Positions 1 through 12,620 of a stretch of DNA of 64,000 nucleotides are shown here, in pieces. The notes below the pieces were generated by a model that was not told the DNA's origin, did no database searches, and saw only the letters and a program-made list of their open reading frames with translations. Made by a program: the position numbers and the translations under genes. Source of the stretch: Octopus bimaculoides (Eukaryota). The stretch spans positions 58,597,959 to 58,661,958 of the forward strand of contig NC_068985.1 of the NCBI RefSeq assembly GCF_001194135.2. Direction: 5' to 3'. The number at the start of each line of letters is the position of its first letter. Position 1 is the first letter of the stretch.

Positions 1-99
1 CAAAATACAGCGTACAGATACTCCGATGTTCGTTTTCTTGGAGTCAGAAATAGAGGTCAATAATTATCTTATATTCTTATTCTGTCTAAGGGCTACAAA

Positions 100-820
100 A
101 GGCGGCTGGGGAAATATTTCAGACAGAAATCTTATGATTTATACAGAAGGTGGAACATGTAGAGATTGCCATTTGATGTACGCTGCAGAATACACGAAAC
201 ACAACTTATATTTATGTTGGTTGTAAAACCAAACAATTAAGCAAAAGGTTTAATGGGCACAGATTCAACGTCAGGCACTATAACAGTAGTTCGACAGAAC
301 TTGCTGAACATTTCGTTTCAAGTGGCTGCAATTTTGAGAAAGACTTGAAAGTACATATTCTCAGAAGATTTTCTGAATCTGCTTCACTTTCACTTCTCAG
401 AATGTGTAAGGAGAAATATATTTGCGGGTTATTAACATCACGCCCTGGAGGAATGAATAAAAGGACAGGAGAATATCATCAAATTTATACAAAGCAGTTT
501 TGTATAGATTAAATATTCTCCTTTTTCTCTTTTTGCTTTCCTCTTTTTTTTCTGTTTTTTTTTCTGTTGTTTTCTTTTCGCCTGTTATAAAATTGTAACT
601 TAAAAATTGATGATGTCATTCCATCAACGCTGGTTGCACTCGTTCATACTTTACGTTTAAATTTCAATAAAGGTGAATTTTCATCACTTCTTCTTTTGAA
701 CTTGACAAAGACAGACTTACTGTTAAAATATCGTTCAATCAAAAAAATATCTATTACAATCAAATCGCGCTCTTCTTCTTGGCTGTTTACCTTTGTGAAG
801 AGTTACGTCAATCCTTTTCA
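100..820 (+). mobile_element. Penelope-like retroelement 3' remnant: frameshifted GIY-YIG endonuclease plus terminal repeat
   Basis: Manual translation: HLMYAAEY..(frameshift)..YVGCKTKQLSKRFNGHRFNVRHYNSSSTELAEHF..DLKVHIL..EKYICGLLTSRPGGMN, stop at 510-512. Matches the PLE GIY-YIG pattern; followed by a hammerhead-like motif at 696-738. Confidence 0.8.
696..738 (+). ncRNA. Degenerate minimal hammerhead ribozyme motif
   Basis: Stem I TTGAAC/GTTCAA, core TTGACAA+A, stem II GACAG-ACTTA-CTGTT, AAAA in place of GAAA, loopless stem III T-ATC. Confidence 0.6.
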
Positions 821-822
821 AA

Positions 823-873
823 ATAACAACAACAACAACAACAACAATAATAATAATAATAATAATAATAATG
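823..873. repeat. (AAC)n/(AAT)n microsatellite
   Basis: Direct reading. Confidence 0.95.
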
Positions 874-1251
874 CTCATTATCGCAGATTTGCTTGTCAGT
901 TGCTTCACCTCAATCACTCGAGCCCTTCCCTCAGTGAGTGACAATACGTGCATCTCTGATCAAGAGCAGGAGAGCATCATAGCCATGTGTTAAGAGGATT
1001 TCTTTTGGGTTTGAATAATTCACCCTTGGAAACATGGATGTCTAGTTCATTATCCCTAAGCAAACCTTATTCAGGGACCTTCTAAGTAAGATAGGCTACT
1101 CGACCGAGATAAAAATACTGAGCCCCACCTACAAGTTCATGTGCTGCGTGTCTTGATAATAGACCACCATGTCCAGCACATATGGTTATGATGCATGTGA
1201 GTGGTGTACCCTTATCAGATGGGTAGTCATGATGGGTATATTGGGCTTCAT

Positions 1252-2105
1252 NNNNNNNNNNNNNNNNNNNNNNNNNNNNNNNNNNNNNNNNNNNNNNNNN
1301 NNNNNNNNNNNNNNNNNNNNNNNNNNNNNNNNNNNNNNNNNNNNNNNNNNNNNNNNNNNNNNNNNNNNNNNNNNNNNNNNNNNNNNNNNNNNNNNNNNNN
1401 NNNNNNNNNNNNNNNNNNNNNNNNNNNNNNNNNNNNNNNNNNNNNNNNNNNNNNNNNNNNNNNNNNNNNNNNNNNNNNNNNNNNNNNNNNNNNNNNNNNN
1501 NNNNNNNNNNNNNNNNNNNNNNNNNNNNNNNNNNNNNNNNNNNNNNNNNNNNNNNNNNNNNNNNNNNNNNNNNNNNNNNNNNNNNNNNNNNNNNNNNNNN
1601 NNNNNNNNNNNNNNNNNNNNNNNNNNNNNNNNNNNNNNNNNNNNNNNNNNNNNNNNNNNNNNNNNNNNNNNNNNNNNNNNNNNNNNNNNNNNNNNNNNNN
1701 NNNNNNNNNNNNNNNNNNNNNNNNNNNNNNNNNNNNNNNNNNNNNNNNNNNNNNNNNNNNNNNNNNNNNNNNNNNNNNNNNNNNNNNNNNNNNNNNNNNN
1801 NNNNNNNNNNNNNNNNNNNNNNNNNNNNNNNNNNNNNNNNNNNNNNNNNNNNNNNNNNNNNNNNNNNNNNNNNNNNNNNNNNNNNNNNNNNNNNNNNNNN
1901 NNNNNNNNNNNNNNNNNNNNNNNNNNNNNNNNNNNNNNNNNNNNNNNNNNNNNNNNNNNNNNNNNNNNNNNNNNNNNNNNNNNNNNNNNNNNNNNNNNNN
2001 NNNNNNNNNNNNNNNNNNNNNNNNNNNNNNNNNNNNNNNNNNNNNNNNNNNNNNNNNNNNNNNNNNNNNNNNNNNNNNNNNNNNNNNNNNNNNNNNNNNN
2101 NNNNN
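1252..2105. other. Assembly gap (first of 14 large N runs)
   Basis: Others at 5878-6732, 12658-12917, 14312-14581, 29064-29990, 34661-34905, 39308-40244, 41214-42211, 43592-43810, 47235-47990, 48850-49076, 56823-57266, 58427-58880, 60782-61026. Most abut (TA)n or (CA)n runs. Confidence 0.99.
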
Positions 2106-2451
2106 GTGTCACTTTGATGGCACGCACTGCTCTCTCACTCAATAATAATAATAATCGCCATGATATGGAAGCTACGAGAGTCCCTATTGCCATTGGAGCA
2201 TTGCGTTCAATACCACTCAATCTGAAAATAACATCTGAAAACCTTAAAGGTACCCTACAATTTAGATGTATTGCAAAAGTCGGCTTTACTTCGAACTGCA
2301 CGCATATTGCATAAAGTACTGTCTGAGGTCCGTGTTGTGGTTTGACAAAGAATACAACCCCCCCGGTAGACACAATATCTTCCATCATAAATCTCATGAT
2401 ATTGTATACTGTGTGACGTCTATAATAATAATAATAATAATAATATTAATA

Positions 2452-2615
2452 ATGGTTTCAGATTTTGGCACAAGGCCAGCAATTTCTAGGGGAGTGCTCA
2501 ACTGTTACTTATATTGACCTCGAAAAGATGAAACATAAATTCAACCTCGATGGAATTTGAACTTGGAACAAAAAAGACGGACGAAATACCGTTAAACACT
2601 TTGTCCGGCGTGCTA
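2452..2615 (-). mobile_element. tRNA-derived SINE family 1, diverged copy
   Basis: Reverse complement resembles the full copy at 10662-10891 (A box, GTTCAAATTCC B box, central domain). Confidence 0.75.
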
Positions 2616-4939
2616 TTGATTCTGACAGCAGAAAATTGCTTTATGTTGAATTTCTTGGAATTTAAATTGGAAACATTGTAAATTTCTAAGCAAAATACAC
2701 ACCGTAGGTCAAATCGACTGATGTGATGGATTTCGTAACAGCCATTACGAAAATATTGTCCCTGCATCACCTACTACAATTGAGAGAAAATACACATATA
2801 AGAATGACCACAGCGATAACAACAACTTAAATCATAAGGAATGTGAAAGCAACACCACCCCCACGATTCACACCACAGCAAAAGAAAACTAACAAGAACA
2901 GAAACAACGATAAAGCAAATGAAAACGTCAACAGCAATATGAAAGAAATTGAAAAGTACAACAATAGAGAAAAGAACAAAAAACTGAAACCGTTGGACAA
3001 AAAGCAAAAATTAATTTCCCATTCAACACACCTGCAAGTTCCACCCACACCACCATCAAAACCAATCTTACCAACACAAAAGCAATGAAAACAAGACTTG
3101 TAAATCTAGCGTTGGTGGTCCCGCGTATGTGACGGGGGAAATTGGCGCTCAACATAACAAAATCCATTCAGCAAGAAACCAATGCTAGAATCTTAGGACA
3201 GTTATAGTTAAAACTATAACAGCAAGAAAAAGAAGGAAAAAACAGATGACACAATAGCAGATGGAAAGCTGCCCCCGACCAATCTGAGGTATAAAAGACA
3301 TATATAGTGGAAAGACGTTTGGAATAGTGAAAGTGATATTCGCTACATACAATGAGGCTAATAAGCACTACATAGACATTCGGTCAAGTGCCAAACTGTT
3401 CATAATCCCAATTTACATTAGCAGCAAAGTGTTAAAATATATCTGCAGTATCGAAATTTTTGGACCAAGATATGGAGGTGTTGATCTAAACTATTTACCA
3501 AATTCTTGGAAGCCTTTCCGGACCTAGTCAATCAACTAGAAGATGCAAAGCTCCATGTTGCCGTTGTAGGCATAATGCTGATGTAGCACCAATAAAAGTA
3601 GGTGGTCAGAGCATCAACAACAGTAAAACTGCCAAACAAGAAAACTGTAGTAACAGCAGCATCTACAGCAGTAGCTGTGATAATAGCAACAACAGTGGAA
3701 GCGTTAGCAAGTAGAAATAAAATCATCATAACAAGGGCCACTACACCACGGGCAGAAGCAGTAACAAAAGCAACAGAAACCCGCAAAACAACATCAACTA
3801 TATCAACAAAATCTCCTCAAAAACATAAATCTCCTCGACCCACACCACCCCGACACATCATGTAGCCAACGAGAAGAAAACACCAAATGGAAATGAGTGA
3901 CAAAGTTAAACGAACGAAAAGGAAACAAAAATACATAAATGTAAAGAGTAAAATTGAGAGAAAAGAAAGATTTCAGAAGGTGACTTGAATTCACAGTTTG
4001 GCGAGATGCCTTCAAACAAGAACTTGGAATGATGCATTTAAGCAACAATTTGGGTCAGTACCACATACCACTCCCACCCCTACTGCGCGACAACTTAAAC
4101 AATTTCTGGGGGAGTGCTCAACTGGTACTTCTCGAATAGCCCCGGAACAAGCAGAGTATTGTGAGTAAAATTGGTAGAGGAAAATTATGAGGAAGTCAGT
4201 CGTATATATTTGTATCTATGAGTGTGTCCTTGTGTGTCCTCTCATCCCAACCTACTGCTTTGAAACTGGTATAGGTCTGTTTACATCCCATGTAAACAGC
4301 AAAAACGATTGATAGAATATTATCAGACTTCGGAAATTAAAAACATATGGCACTTTGTTGGAGTAATACCCTTCGACACTGCGCTAGAGTATTGCTGCAG
4401 TCATTGGACTGCAGCAAACAAAAGACAAAAGATGAGATATAATATATTTTGGTATCTAAACAATTTCCAAATATTTCAGAAAAATTCTTGAAATGAAGCT
4501 TGTTAAGAAAATAGAGGGTACAACGGACTGCTTAGACCCCTAATGTCATTCCGATGTGCTCACTCTTTACATTATATCTTACAGATTTCCGTAGTTTTAG
4601 GTTTATTTCGTTAGAGAGTCAAATTTAAATGAAAATGCTATCCTCGCATGAATTATACTATTTTATTTATTACAGTAGTTGTCTCATTGTAAAATCTACT
4701 TCATTAGATTGCAATAAATAAGTTTCCAATTTATTTCTCAAGTCTCTGTACTTGTCATTAGATTGTTTGTGGCTTTCTATCTTCTGGTTTCTGTCTTGAT
4801 TACTTCACTCTTACTTCATTTCGATTTCTTCTTTGTAGTTTAAACAATGAATTTATTTGGTCTTTTAAGTTTTTTAAAAAATATTCTTGTTTATTTGCAT
4901 TTGATTTCTTTATGTTCACTTCCATTATTCATTGAATAC

Positions 4940-4941
4940 CA

Positions 4942-5001
<60 letters not shown>

Positions 5002-5060
5002 GTATTATTATTATTATTAATATTGTTGTTCTTGTTGTTGTTATTATTATTATTATTGTT
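4940..5060. repeat. (ATT)n microsatellite
   Basis: Direct reading. Confidence 0.95.
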
Positions 5061-5384
5061 ACATTGTTTAATTCATTATTCTCGCTATAGCTTTCATTCT
5101 TATTGTAGTGTGATTTTCTATCTTCATTAAAAGCGAATATTTTAATTAACTTCTGAATTTCAAACATACTCAAAATATAAATTAAGCTTCAGAAAATGTA
5201 CACAAACGTTTCCACACAAATACACATATATAACTAGAAGTCTGGGAAATAAAGAATGAAAGTGACGAAACACAGTCGATAAGATCTAGAGTAATGTTTA
5301 TATGCAGAAAAATTAATAATAATTAATCTTTCAAAACTGCAACTAATTATAACGGTTTCAAATTTTAGCACAGGTGCAGGAATT

Positions 5385-5509
5385 TCGAACGGGTGTAATT
5401 GATTGTATTGATTTTTGTACTCAACTAGTATCAATTTTATGGGCACCGAAAGGATGAAATGCAAATAGACTTCAGCAGAATTTGAACTCAAAACGTAAAG
5501 AGATGAAAG
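5385..5509 (-). mobile_element. SINE family 1, left part, interrupted by the LTR element and continuing at 7373-7420
   Basis: GCAGAATTTGAACTCAAAACGTAAAG joins to AAATGTCGCTAAGCATTTTGGCCAGCGTGCTAAC across the insertion, colinear with the reverse complement of 10662-10750. Confidence 0.8.
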
Positions 5510-7368
5510 TGTAGTAACGCCTGCGCATGCGTAGAATTAATAAAGCAAGCGTTTCCCGCTCAATTCATTCTCTTTCACGCTGGCCAGCGATTGAGCATGG
5601 ACGTGTGTTTAAAAGCTGTCCCTACATCTTTCGGTCTTATACTCGACAGCTAGTTATTCTCACCTCTAAAGATGTATAACTAAAGATATGTATGTTTTAC
5701 CAAGTAAATAAATGTTGTTTAAGTTGTTTAGTCTGGAGTCAGAGTTCCGTCTATTTCTTTAAGTTTATAGTAGAAAGTCAGGTATACAATCTAAAGATGT
5801 ATAACCCACTTTCTACTAAAGTGGTGACCCCCGACGAAGAAAAAACGCAGCATGAACTACGGATTACCAACTTATAANNNNNNNNNNNNNNNNNNNNNNN
5901 NNNNNNNNNNNNNNNNNNNNNNNNNNNNNNNNNNNNNNNNNNNNNNNNNNNNNNNNNNNNNNNNNNNNNNNNNNNNNNNNNNNNNNNNNNNNNNNNNNNN
6001 NNNNNNNNNNNNNNNNNNNNNNNNNNNNNNNNNNNNNNNNNNNNNNNNNNNNNNNNNNNNNNNNNNNNNNNNNNNNNNNNNNNNNNNNNNNNNNNNNNNN
6101 NNNNNNNNNNNNNNNNNNNNNNNNNNNNNNNNNNNNNNNNNNNNNNNNNNNNNNNNNNNNNNNNNNNNNNNNNNNNNNNNNNNNNNNNNNNNNNNNNNNN
6201 NNNNNNNNNNNNNNNNNNNNNNNNNNNNNNNNNNNNNNNNNNNNNNNNNNNNNNNNNNNNNNNNNNNNNNNNNNNNNNNNNNNNNNNNNNNNNNNNNNNN
6301 NNNNNNNNNNNNNNNNNNNNNNNNNNNNNNNNNNNNNNNNNNNNNNNNNNNNNNNNNNNNNNNNNNNNNNNNNNNNNNNNNNNNNNNNNNNNNNNNNNNN
6401 NNNNNNNNNNNNNNNNNNNNNNNNNNNNNNNNNNNNNNNNNNNNNNNNNNNNNNNNNNNNNNNNNNNNNNNNNNNNNNNNNNNNNNNNNNNNNNNNNNNN
6501 NNNNNNNNNNNNNNNNNNNNNNNNNNNNNNNNNNNNNNNNNNNNNNNNNNNNNNNNNNNNNNNNNNNNNNNNNNNNNNNNNNNNNNNNNNNNNNNNNNNN
6601 NNNNNNNNNNNNNNNNNNNNNNNNNNNNNNNNNNNNNNNNNNNNNNNNNNNNNNNNNNNNNNNNNNNNNNNNNNNNNNNNNNNNNNNNNNNNNNNNNNNN
6701 NNNNNNNNNNNNNNNNNNNNNNNNNNNNNNNNTTATACATTGCATGTTCTGTGTTTTTTCTCACACACACACTTGTGCACTCATACATTTTCTTTCCTTT
6801 CAGGGAAGACAAACACCCAAGACTTTTACATCGCGTGATTCCAGTTTCCTGGACAGTTGTCATCACGGTTGTTTTGTCATTGTCATTTCATTTATACGTT
6901 GCATGCATGTATTTCACAAGTGTACATTTCATTTCTTTGAATTTTCTTTGTGTGTGTTTGTACCACATCTTGTGGGTGGTTTTTCAGTGGCCATCCTGCT
7001 TCAGGCGTTCTAACAGATTTTATTTATCGTGCGTTTCCGCTCTGGCGAGGGAGCTCCGTAGTAACGCTTGCACATGCGTAGAATTAATAAAGCAATCGTT
7101 TCCCGCTCAATTCATTCTCTTTCACGCTGGCCAGCGATTGAGCATGGACGTGTGTTTAAAAGCTGTCTCTACATCTTTCGGTCTTATACTCGACAGCTCG
7201 TTATTCTCACCTCTAAAGATGTATAACTAAAGATATGTATGTTTTACCAAGTAAATAAATGTTGTTTAAGTAGTTTAGTCTGGAGTTCAGCGTTCCGTCT
7301 ATTTCTTTAATTTTATAGTAGAAAGTCAGGTATACAATCTAAAGATGTATAACCCACTTTCTACTAAA
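5510..7368 (+). mobile_element. Short Gypsy-type LTR retroelement with paired LTRs
   Basis: LTRs 5510-5820 and 7057-7368 (about 10 differences by eye), TGTAGTA..TACTAAA termini, PBS TGGTGACCCCCGACG at 5822, purine-rich GGCGAGGGAG before the 3' LTR, AAAG TSD at 5506-5509 and 7369-7372. Confidence 0.9.
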
Positions 7369-8885
7369 AAAGAAATGTCGCTAAGCATTTTGGCCAGCGT
7401 GCTAACTCTTTCAGCTCGGTGCATAGCTAATACTTATTTTATCGACCGGGAAGGATGAAAGGTAAAATCAACCTCGACAGTATTTCAACACAGAACACCA
7501 AGCCGGAAAAATGCCACTAAACATTTTGTCTGACTTGCTAACTTGAACTGTGACATGACGCTAATAATTTTAGAAGTGGTACTTATATTGTCCACTCCGA
7601 AAGAGTGGAAGGCAAAGTTCACCTACCTAAATTTGAAGTCAAAATATAAAGAACCGGAAAAAATGCTGCAAAAGACTTTGTCCGATACTTTGTCAATTAT
7701 GAAAGTAATCGCCTTACTGCTACTAATAATTTATGAAAAAACAAAAACGTTGTGTAATTTGGTCTAATTTGGGAAGTGAGTTTTCCGGTGTTTCAGGCAC
7801 GGCTAGGTCTTGTGCTGAGTGGACAGGTTTGTTTTCATGCTTCAAGTGCTTGATCGTGTATCATGGGTGGGGATTACGATATGCTGTATCGTGTACAAAA
7901 TGAGGTTAAGTTATTATTGTGCTTTGAAGTGGACAGAGAGCGATGATTCTGGCGATATGTACCCCATACACACTTCTCAAGACACACGTACTTAATTTTT
8001 TTGATGTTAACAGCTTACTTCAGACAGCTCAGTCTCTTCGTAGTTGTATTGTGTCTATCACAGTTATTCAAATCATGTTGATATTCCACTCCCTTGTTAT
8101 TACGAGAGCCTGAGCTACTTTTAAATACAACTTCACCGAAGAATTTACAATTAAACGTACTTATGTTTATTTCTGATGTAGCTACTGGTTAAAGTTTCAA
8201 CTTGTTAAACGTTTTTTTTATATATAAATCGGTGTTGTACATCATTAAATATATAAATCCCTATTGTACATAAGTATACTCCCACATACACACACAAACA
8301 CAGATACACACACACACACACACATATATGCATATACGCACAACGATACACATAGTAAAAGTACATCAAACTCCATTTTCTGCCTGATAGATAGACAGAG
8401 TTTTAGACAGACGGGAGACGCAGACTAACAAGGTGTCTGGTTAAGTTAGATACAAAATGTCACGTATGAGTGTGTGCGTGCCTGTGTATGTTTGTATGTA
8501 TATTCTCATCGGTGTTTATTTATTTAAATTCTCTCTCTGTGTAATGAGGTGGTTTCCAACACACATACAAAGCTATTTGCATTTGGAGAAAAGGCTTCAT
8601 ATTTCTGTTTTACTTAGAGATTGTATTGGTAATGTGCGAGTTCGTTGGTTGGTTTCTTTCACTGAGAACCCAGGCTTATCCAGACAGTCCTTATGCATTC
8701 AGTCACAAAACGAAATGCACCAATTATTATTGGTTTCTAGGTTTTTGTGCAAATTTGTTGGTGCAAGTATGTATGTCATTATTCAGTTTTAATTCAAAAT
8801 GTCTTTACAATAGAGTAAGAACCGGTTTCTAATCTAAATCCAAGGTTCCTTCATTGGAATTTTAATATCGACAACAGGATATTTT

Positions 8886-8934
8886 TGTATGTATGTATGT
8901 ATGTATGTATAGATGGATGGATGGATGGATGGAT
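8886..8934. repeat. (TATG)n/(GATG)n microsatellite at the 3' end of the R4 element
   Basis: Direct reading. Confidence 0.9.
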
Positions 8935-8936
8935 AC

Positions 8937-11810
8937 GTGAACATTTTCATGCTTTGTTTTATGTATGCCAACTCATGCATATACCTGCTTATCTAGACAT
9001 GCTAATATATACTTGAATGATAAACTTTTGGAAAGTTTTACAGATTTTTACAGTTCCAGTGATGGCTTGGATCGGTAGTCTTCGAATCAACTTTCTCCCT
9101 TCTGGTTTTGCGAAAGCTAATTTCTTGAGAACGATATTTAGGCAGTGGTTTACATATCTCAAGGCCCCAATAATTACGGGTATAAACCTGAACTTGTTAT
9201 CTGTCCACTGTACATAATTTCTCTTCTCTATCCGCAATCATTATTTTGTGTTTACATTTTTTGAGGTTTTCACTGGTACATTCTACCAGTTCTCATTTTT
9301 TTTTTTTGTGCTCAGTGTAATCTACCCCACTCATTTTTTTTTTTGTTTTTGTGCCTAGTGTAACACTTTCGACGGATCTCGTTATACAGTTTCCTAGCTA
9401 CCACATCATGTCTCATTGGTAAATACCTTAATGACATTTTTGGACAACTGCTTATGATGTGTGTGATATCTTCGCTGTTAACTCCACAAAGTCTGCATCA
9501 GTTGTCACATTTTACTGAATTTCATGCATCTCTGTCCCCTTTCGTGCATCAGCTATTTGGTTGATATTTCCCGTTCTTGGATTGGAAAACATACCCTTCA
9601 AGATGGGAGGTAGTATTCCAGTTGTTGGTGCACGATAGGCTGCTTTATGATAAATGCTACCATCATCTCGGAGCTTTCTACTAACATGTCCGCGCATGAT
9701 CCTCTGCTCATATACGCTCCTCCTTTCTTCTGATATGTTGCGACGTCTTTGGGCATGTATTTAAGGTTACCAGACAAGGAATGCTGCTCAAGGAACTGCC
9801 TTTCAATTCTTATGATATTATCAGCCTCATGTACGTAAACTTACCCAAGTCATGAATTTCCACACCTAGTAGTTTTATGTAGAGGCGGTCGGCGTTACTG
9901 TTGATGTGGAAATTAAGTGTTCTTGTTAGTATTTTCCAGATTTTCACATCAATGGCTCATATCTCATCAAACGTCCAATCAAGCATCCCAATTGTTAGTA
10001 TGAGTACTGGCTCTGCAAACCCATTGTGGATCACGGTTTTACTGAATACAGAGAGTTCCGAGGTCCACATTTTCTTTATTCGGCTGTAAAAGTTTTTAGT
10101 GACGTGTTTTGTTACAGATGTCATTGTAAGATGTTTTCATCCACCCTTAGATATCTGTGACATTTCCCATCAGCTATAGGGGAAGCAGTCAAGTCACTGA
10201 TTGAGACGTTACTAGTCTTCTTTATAGATTATCACTCTCTTCAATACTATATGACATTTATCCTGACCAAACTCCAACCCGACATCTTTTCAGAATGTTG
10301 TAACTAGGTCCAGGCTTTCACATGTCATGCGTGTTCTTTGCATAGACTTTGAAGTTATCTACAAAGAAAGAATGTGTAATTTTCGTATTTCTGTTTCCTT
10401 GTGAACAAATGAGATATCCTTCAGACTTCCTTAGCATGAATGACAAGGGGTTTACAGAAAGTTTGAACATCACAGAGAAGCTGTCCTGGCAATATGCCTC
10501 TGCGATATTGTATTCTATCAGTGATAATGCCGTCACTCCTTGTGTTTAATTTCAAGATGGTGGCCCACTTTGAAATCAGGTTAGCTATGGCTTTGACTTT
10601 AGCAAGTTGAAGGGCTTCTAGTATCCATGTAGTCTAGCCACATTGAAACTAGGTTCCTTTAGACGGCGAGCTGGCAGAAACGTTAGCACGACGGGCGAAA
10701 TGCTTAGTAGTATTTCGTCTGTCTTACGTTCTGAGTTCAAACTCCACCGAGGTCGACTTTGCCTTTCATCCTTTCGGGGTCGATTAAATAAGTACCATTT
10801 TTGCACTGGGGTCGATGTAATCGACTTAATCTGTTTGTTTGTCCTTGTTTGTCCCCTCTATGTTTAGCCCCTTGTGGGAAATAATGAAATATGAAACTAG
10901 GTTCCTTTATGCTCCCGCACTCCTGACATCACATGTTTGTTGATTAACAATTACTCGGCACATCCTCACGCTCTCTTCTTCCCAATTTCGTGTTCTGTTG
11001 TGATGGTGTCATTACATTCACAATGGTTTTGGAGAAAAAACGCAGTATGTATCTTATACATTAAGCCATGAAATTGACGGATATTTTCTCGCTATGTTGT
11101 TGGTTCTGCATTTGCAGGTTAAATTATGTCTCTGCCACAGTTAACCAGTGTGGTATGCTACTGTTCTATTTGAGAGCTTGCTGATACAGGTTGATAAGAT
11201 ATGGTTGGTAGAAGGTTCGTTTATTTTACCAATATCCAGCAATCGAGTCTCTTCCAGGTGCTTTTCCATCCTGAAATTTCGGGTTCACAATGACAAGGGT
11301 ATCACCATCAATGCTGTATGTGTTGGTTGTAATACAGTCACTAACCTTCTCTTGTTTCACAAATATTGTTTGTTGGCGTAAATTCTGGATGCAAGTCGTC
11401 TCAATATTTTTCAGCCGATTCATATGGCCAACAGGGAAGTTTGTTTCCCTTTTTTGTAATTGTTGAATAGACCAGTATTCAGATCGTAACTCCAGGAGAA
11501 ATGAGTTTTGTAATTACGGTTTTCTTCAATAAATACAGCTGAGCAGAATCTGTTTACCTGTGGAGCTGTTGCTTTCGTTTTGTTCCTCGGTTGTGTTGTT
11601 GTCGATGTTGTGACCAGCCATATTGTTTGTAGTAGCTCTCTGCATGGTAAGTTCGCGTTTCAGTCGAAAATCACAACAATCGTAAGTAAAAGACTTCCTC
11701 GGTTAATTTATCTGGAAATTAACCAGTAAACTGAGGTGATAGTTGTGGCTCCAAAGTCGGAGATAGTATTCATCTTATTTTCAATAAATAGTCTCCTAGT
11801 CGCTTCGAGT
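8937..11810 (-). mobile_element. R4/Dong-clade non-LTR retrotransposon, degenerate (RT, CCHC, restriction-like endonuclease)
   Basis: Minus-strand motifs in order: KAPGRDSIAGYW; QDSFSVMFKLSVNPLSF..THSFFVDNFKVYA (RT); CRLCGVNSEDITHIISSCPKMS..RHDVVA (about 9395-9510); IPVIIGALRY..QAITGTVKICKTFQKF (RLE end). Confidence 0.9.
10662..10891 (+). mobile_element. Full-length tRNA-derived SINE family 1 with 18-bp TSD
   Basis: A-box-like TGGCAGAAACG, B box GAGTTCAAACTCC, central GCCTTTCATCCTTTCGGGGTCGAT; TGAAACTAGGTTCCTTTA duplicated at 10644-10661 and 10892-10909. Confidence 0.95.
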
Positions 11811-11874
11811 TCATTGTGCATGTATGTATGTATCCATGCATGTATGTATGTATGTATGTAATATGTATGTATCT

Positions 11875-12620
11875 TATTTTTCAGTAATTATAAATATTCC
11901 ACTGAGGAGGAAGCCGGTTTCCAACAAATTTACAAGGCGCCATCTTTGGGATGTAGTTAAGAGAGACAAATTTACATTTGGAACTTGAGAAAAGTCTTGC
12001 ATATTTTTACTTTCTAACTCACAGATTGCAATTGTAATGTACGAATTAGCCGTTCGATTTCTCTTTCTGAAAATCACAGTTTACCAATATTTTCCTTTAA
12101 GCATTTATTAGCAAAATCTAGTAATCCGATTACTATTGGTATGAATATGAATTAATAGTCTGGATATAGAAGTTGGAGGTTTCAAAGCAGTTGTCCATAG
12201 TTATCCTCTTTTACTTTGGTTTTCAAGGAGATATTTATATCTGCAGGGCAGATGACCTCTATGCCGGTACATACCTTTGCCCCTGTGTTCTAAACAATAT
12301 TACGCCTCTTATGTTTACATTTGACAGTCGTTTTAATGGGAATATTCCATCATTATTCCTTGAGTTGGTGTTAATGAATGCATTCCATAACAGATGCATT
12401 TTCTAAGTTTATTTCAGGACAGTCATTTTTGCGGATGGCATTGTAAATTTTGGCGACAACATTGTGCCGCATAAGGAGGTAGTACTGTGACGTCATTTTA
12501 GGACAGCTACTAATCACATGCGTGATGTCTTCCACAGAAACATGACAGTTTTTTACTGTAAGCGTGCCCAAACGTGTCGAATGCCTACACAGACCAAGTT
12601 TTACAGCCACATCATCCAAA
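11875..12620 (-). mobile_element. Second R4-clade LINE, 5'-truncated (CCHC plus RLE)
   Basis: EDITHVISSCPKMTSQYYLLMRHNVVAK; WNIPIKTTVKCKH; IEVICPADINISLKTKVKEDNYGQL; KVKICKTFLKF; followed by (CATA)n at 11819-11872. Confidence 0.85.

Noticed and set aside
2760-4050. Thr/Ala/Asn/Lys-rich short ORFs (2843-3088, 3602-3865)
   Set aside because: Degenerate AAC/CAG simple repeats; no domain or splice support.
8010-8165. Possible further hammerhead remnants (CCGAAGA..AAACGTA and a minus-strand GAC/GTC stem)
   Set aside because: Stem I does not pair and several core bases are wrong.
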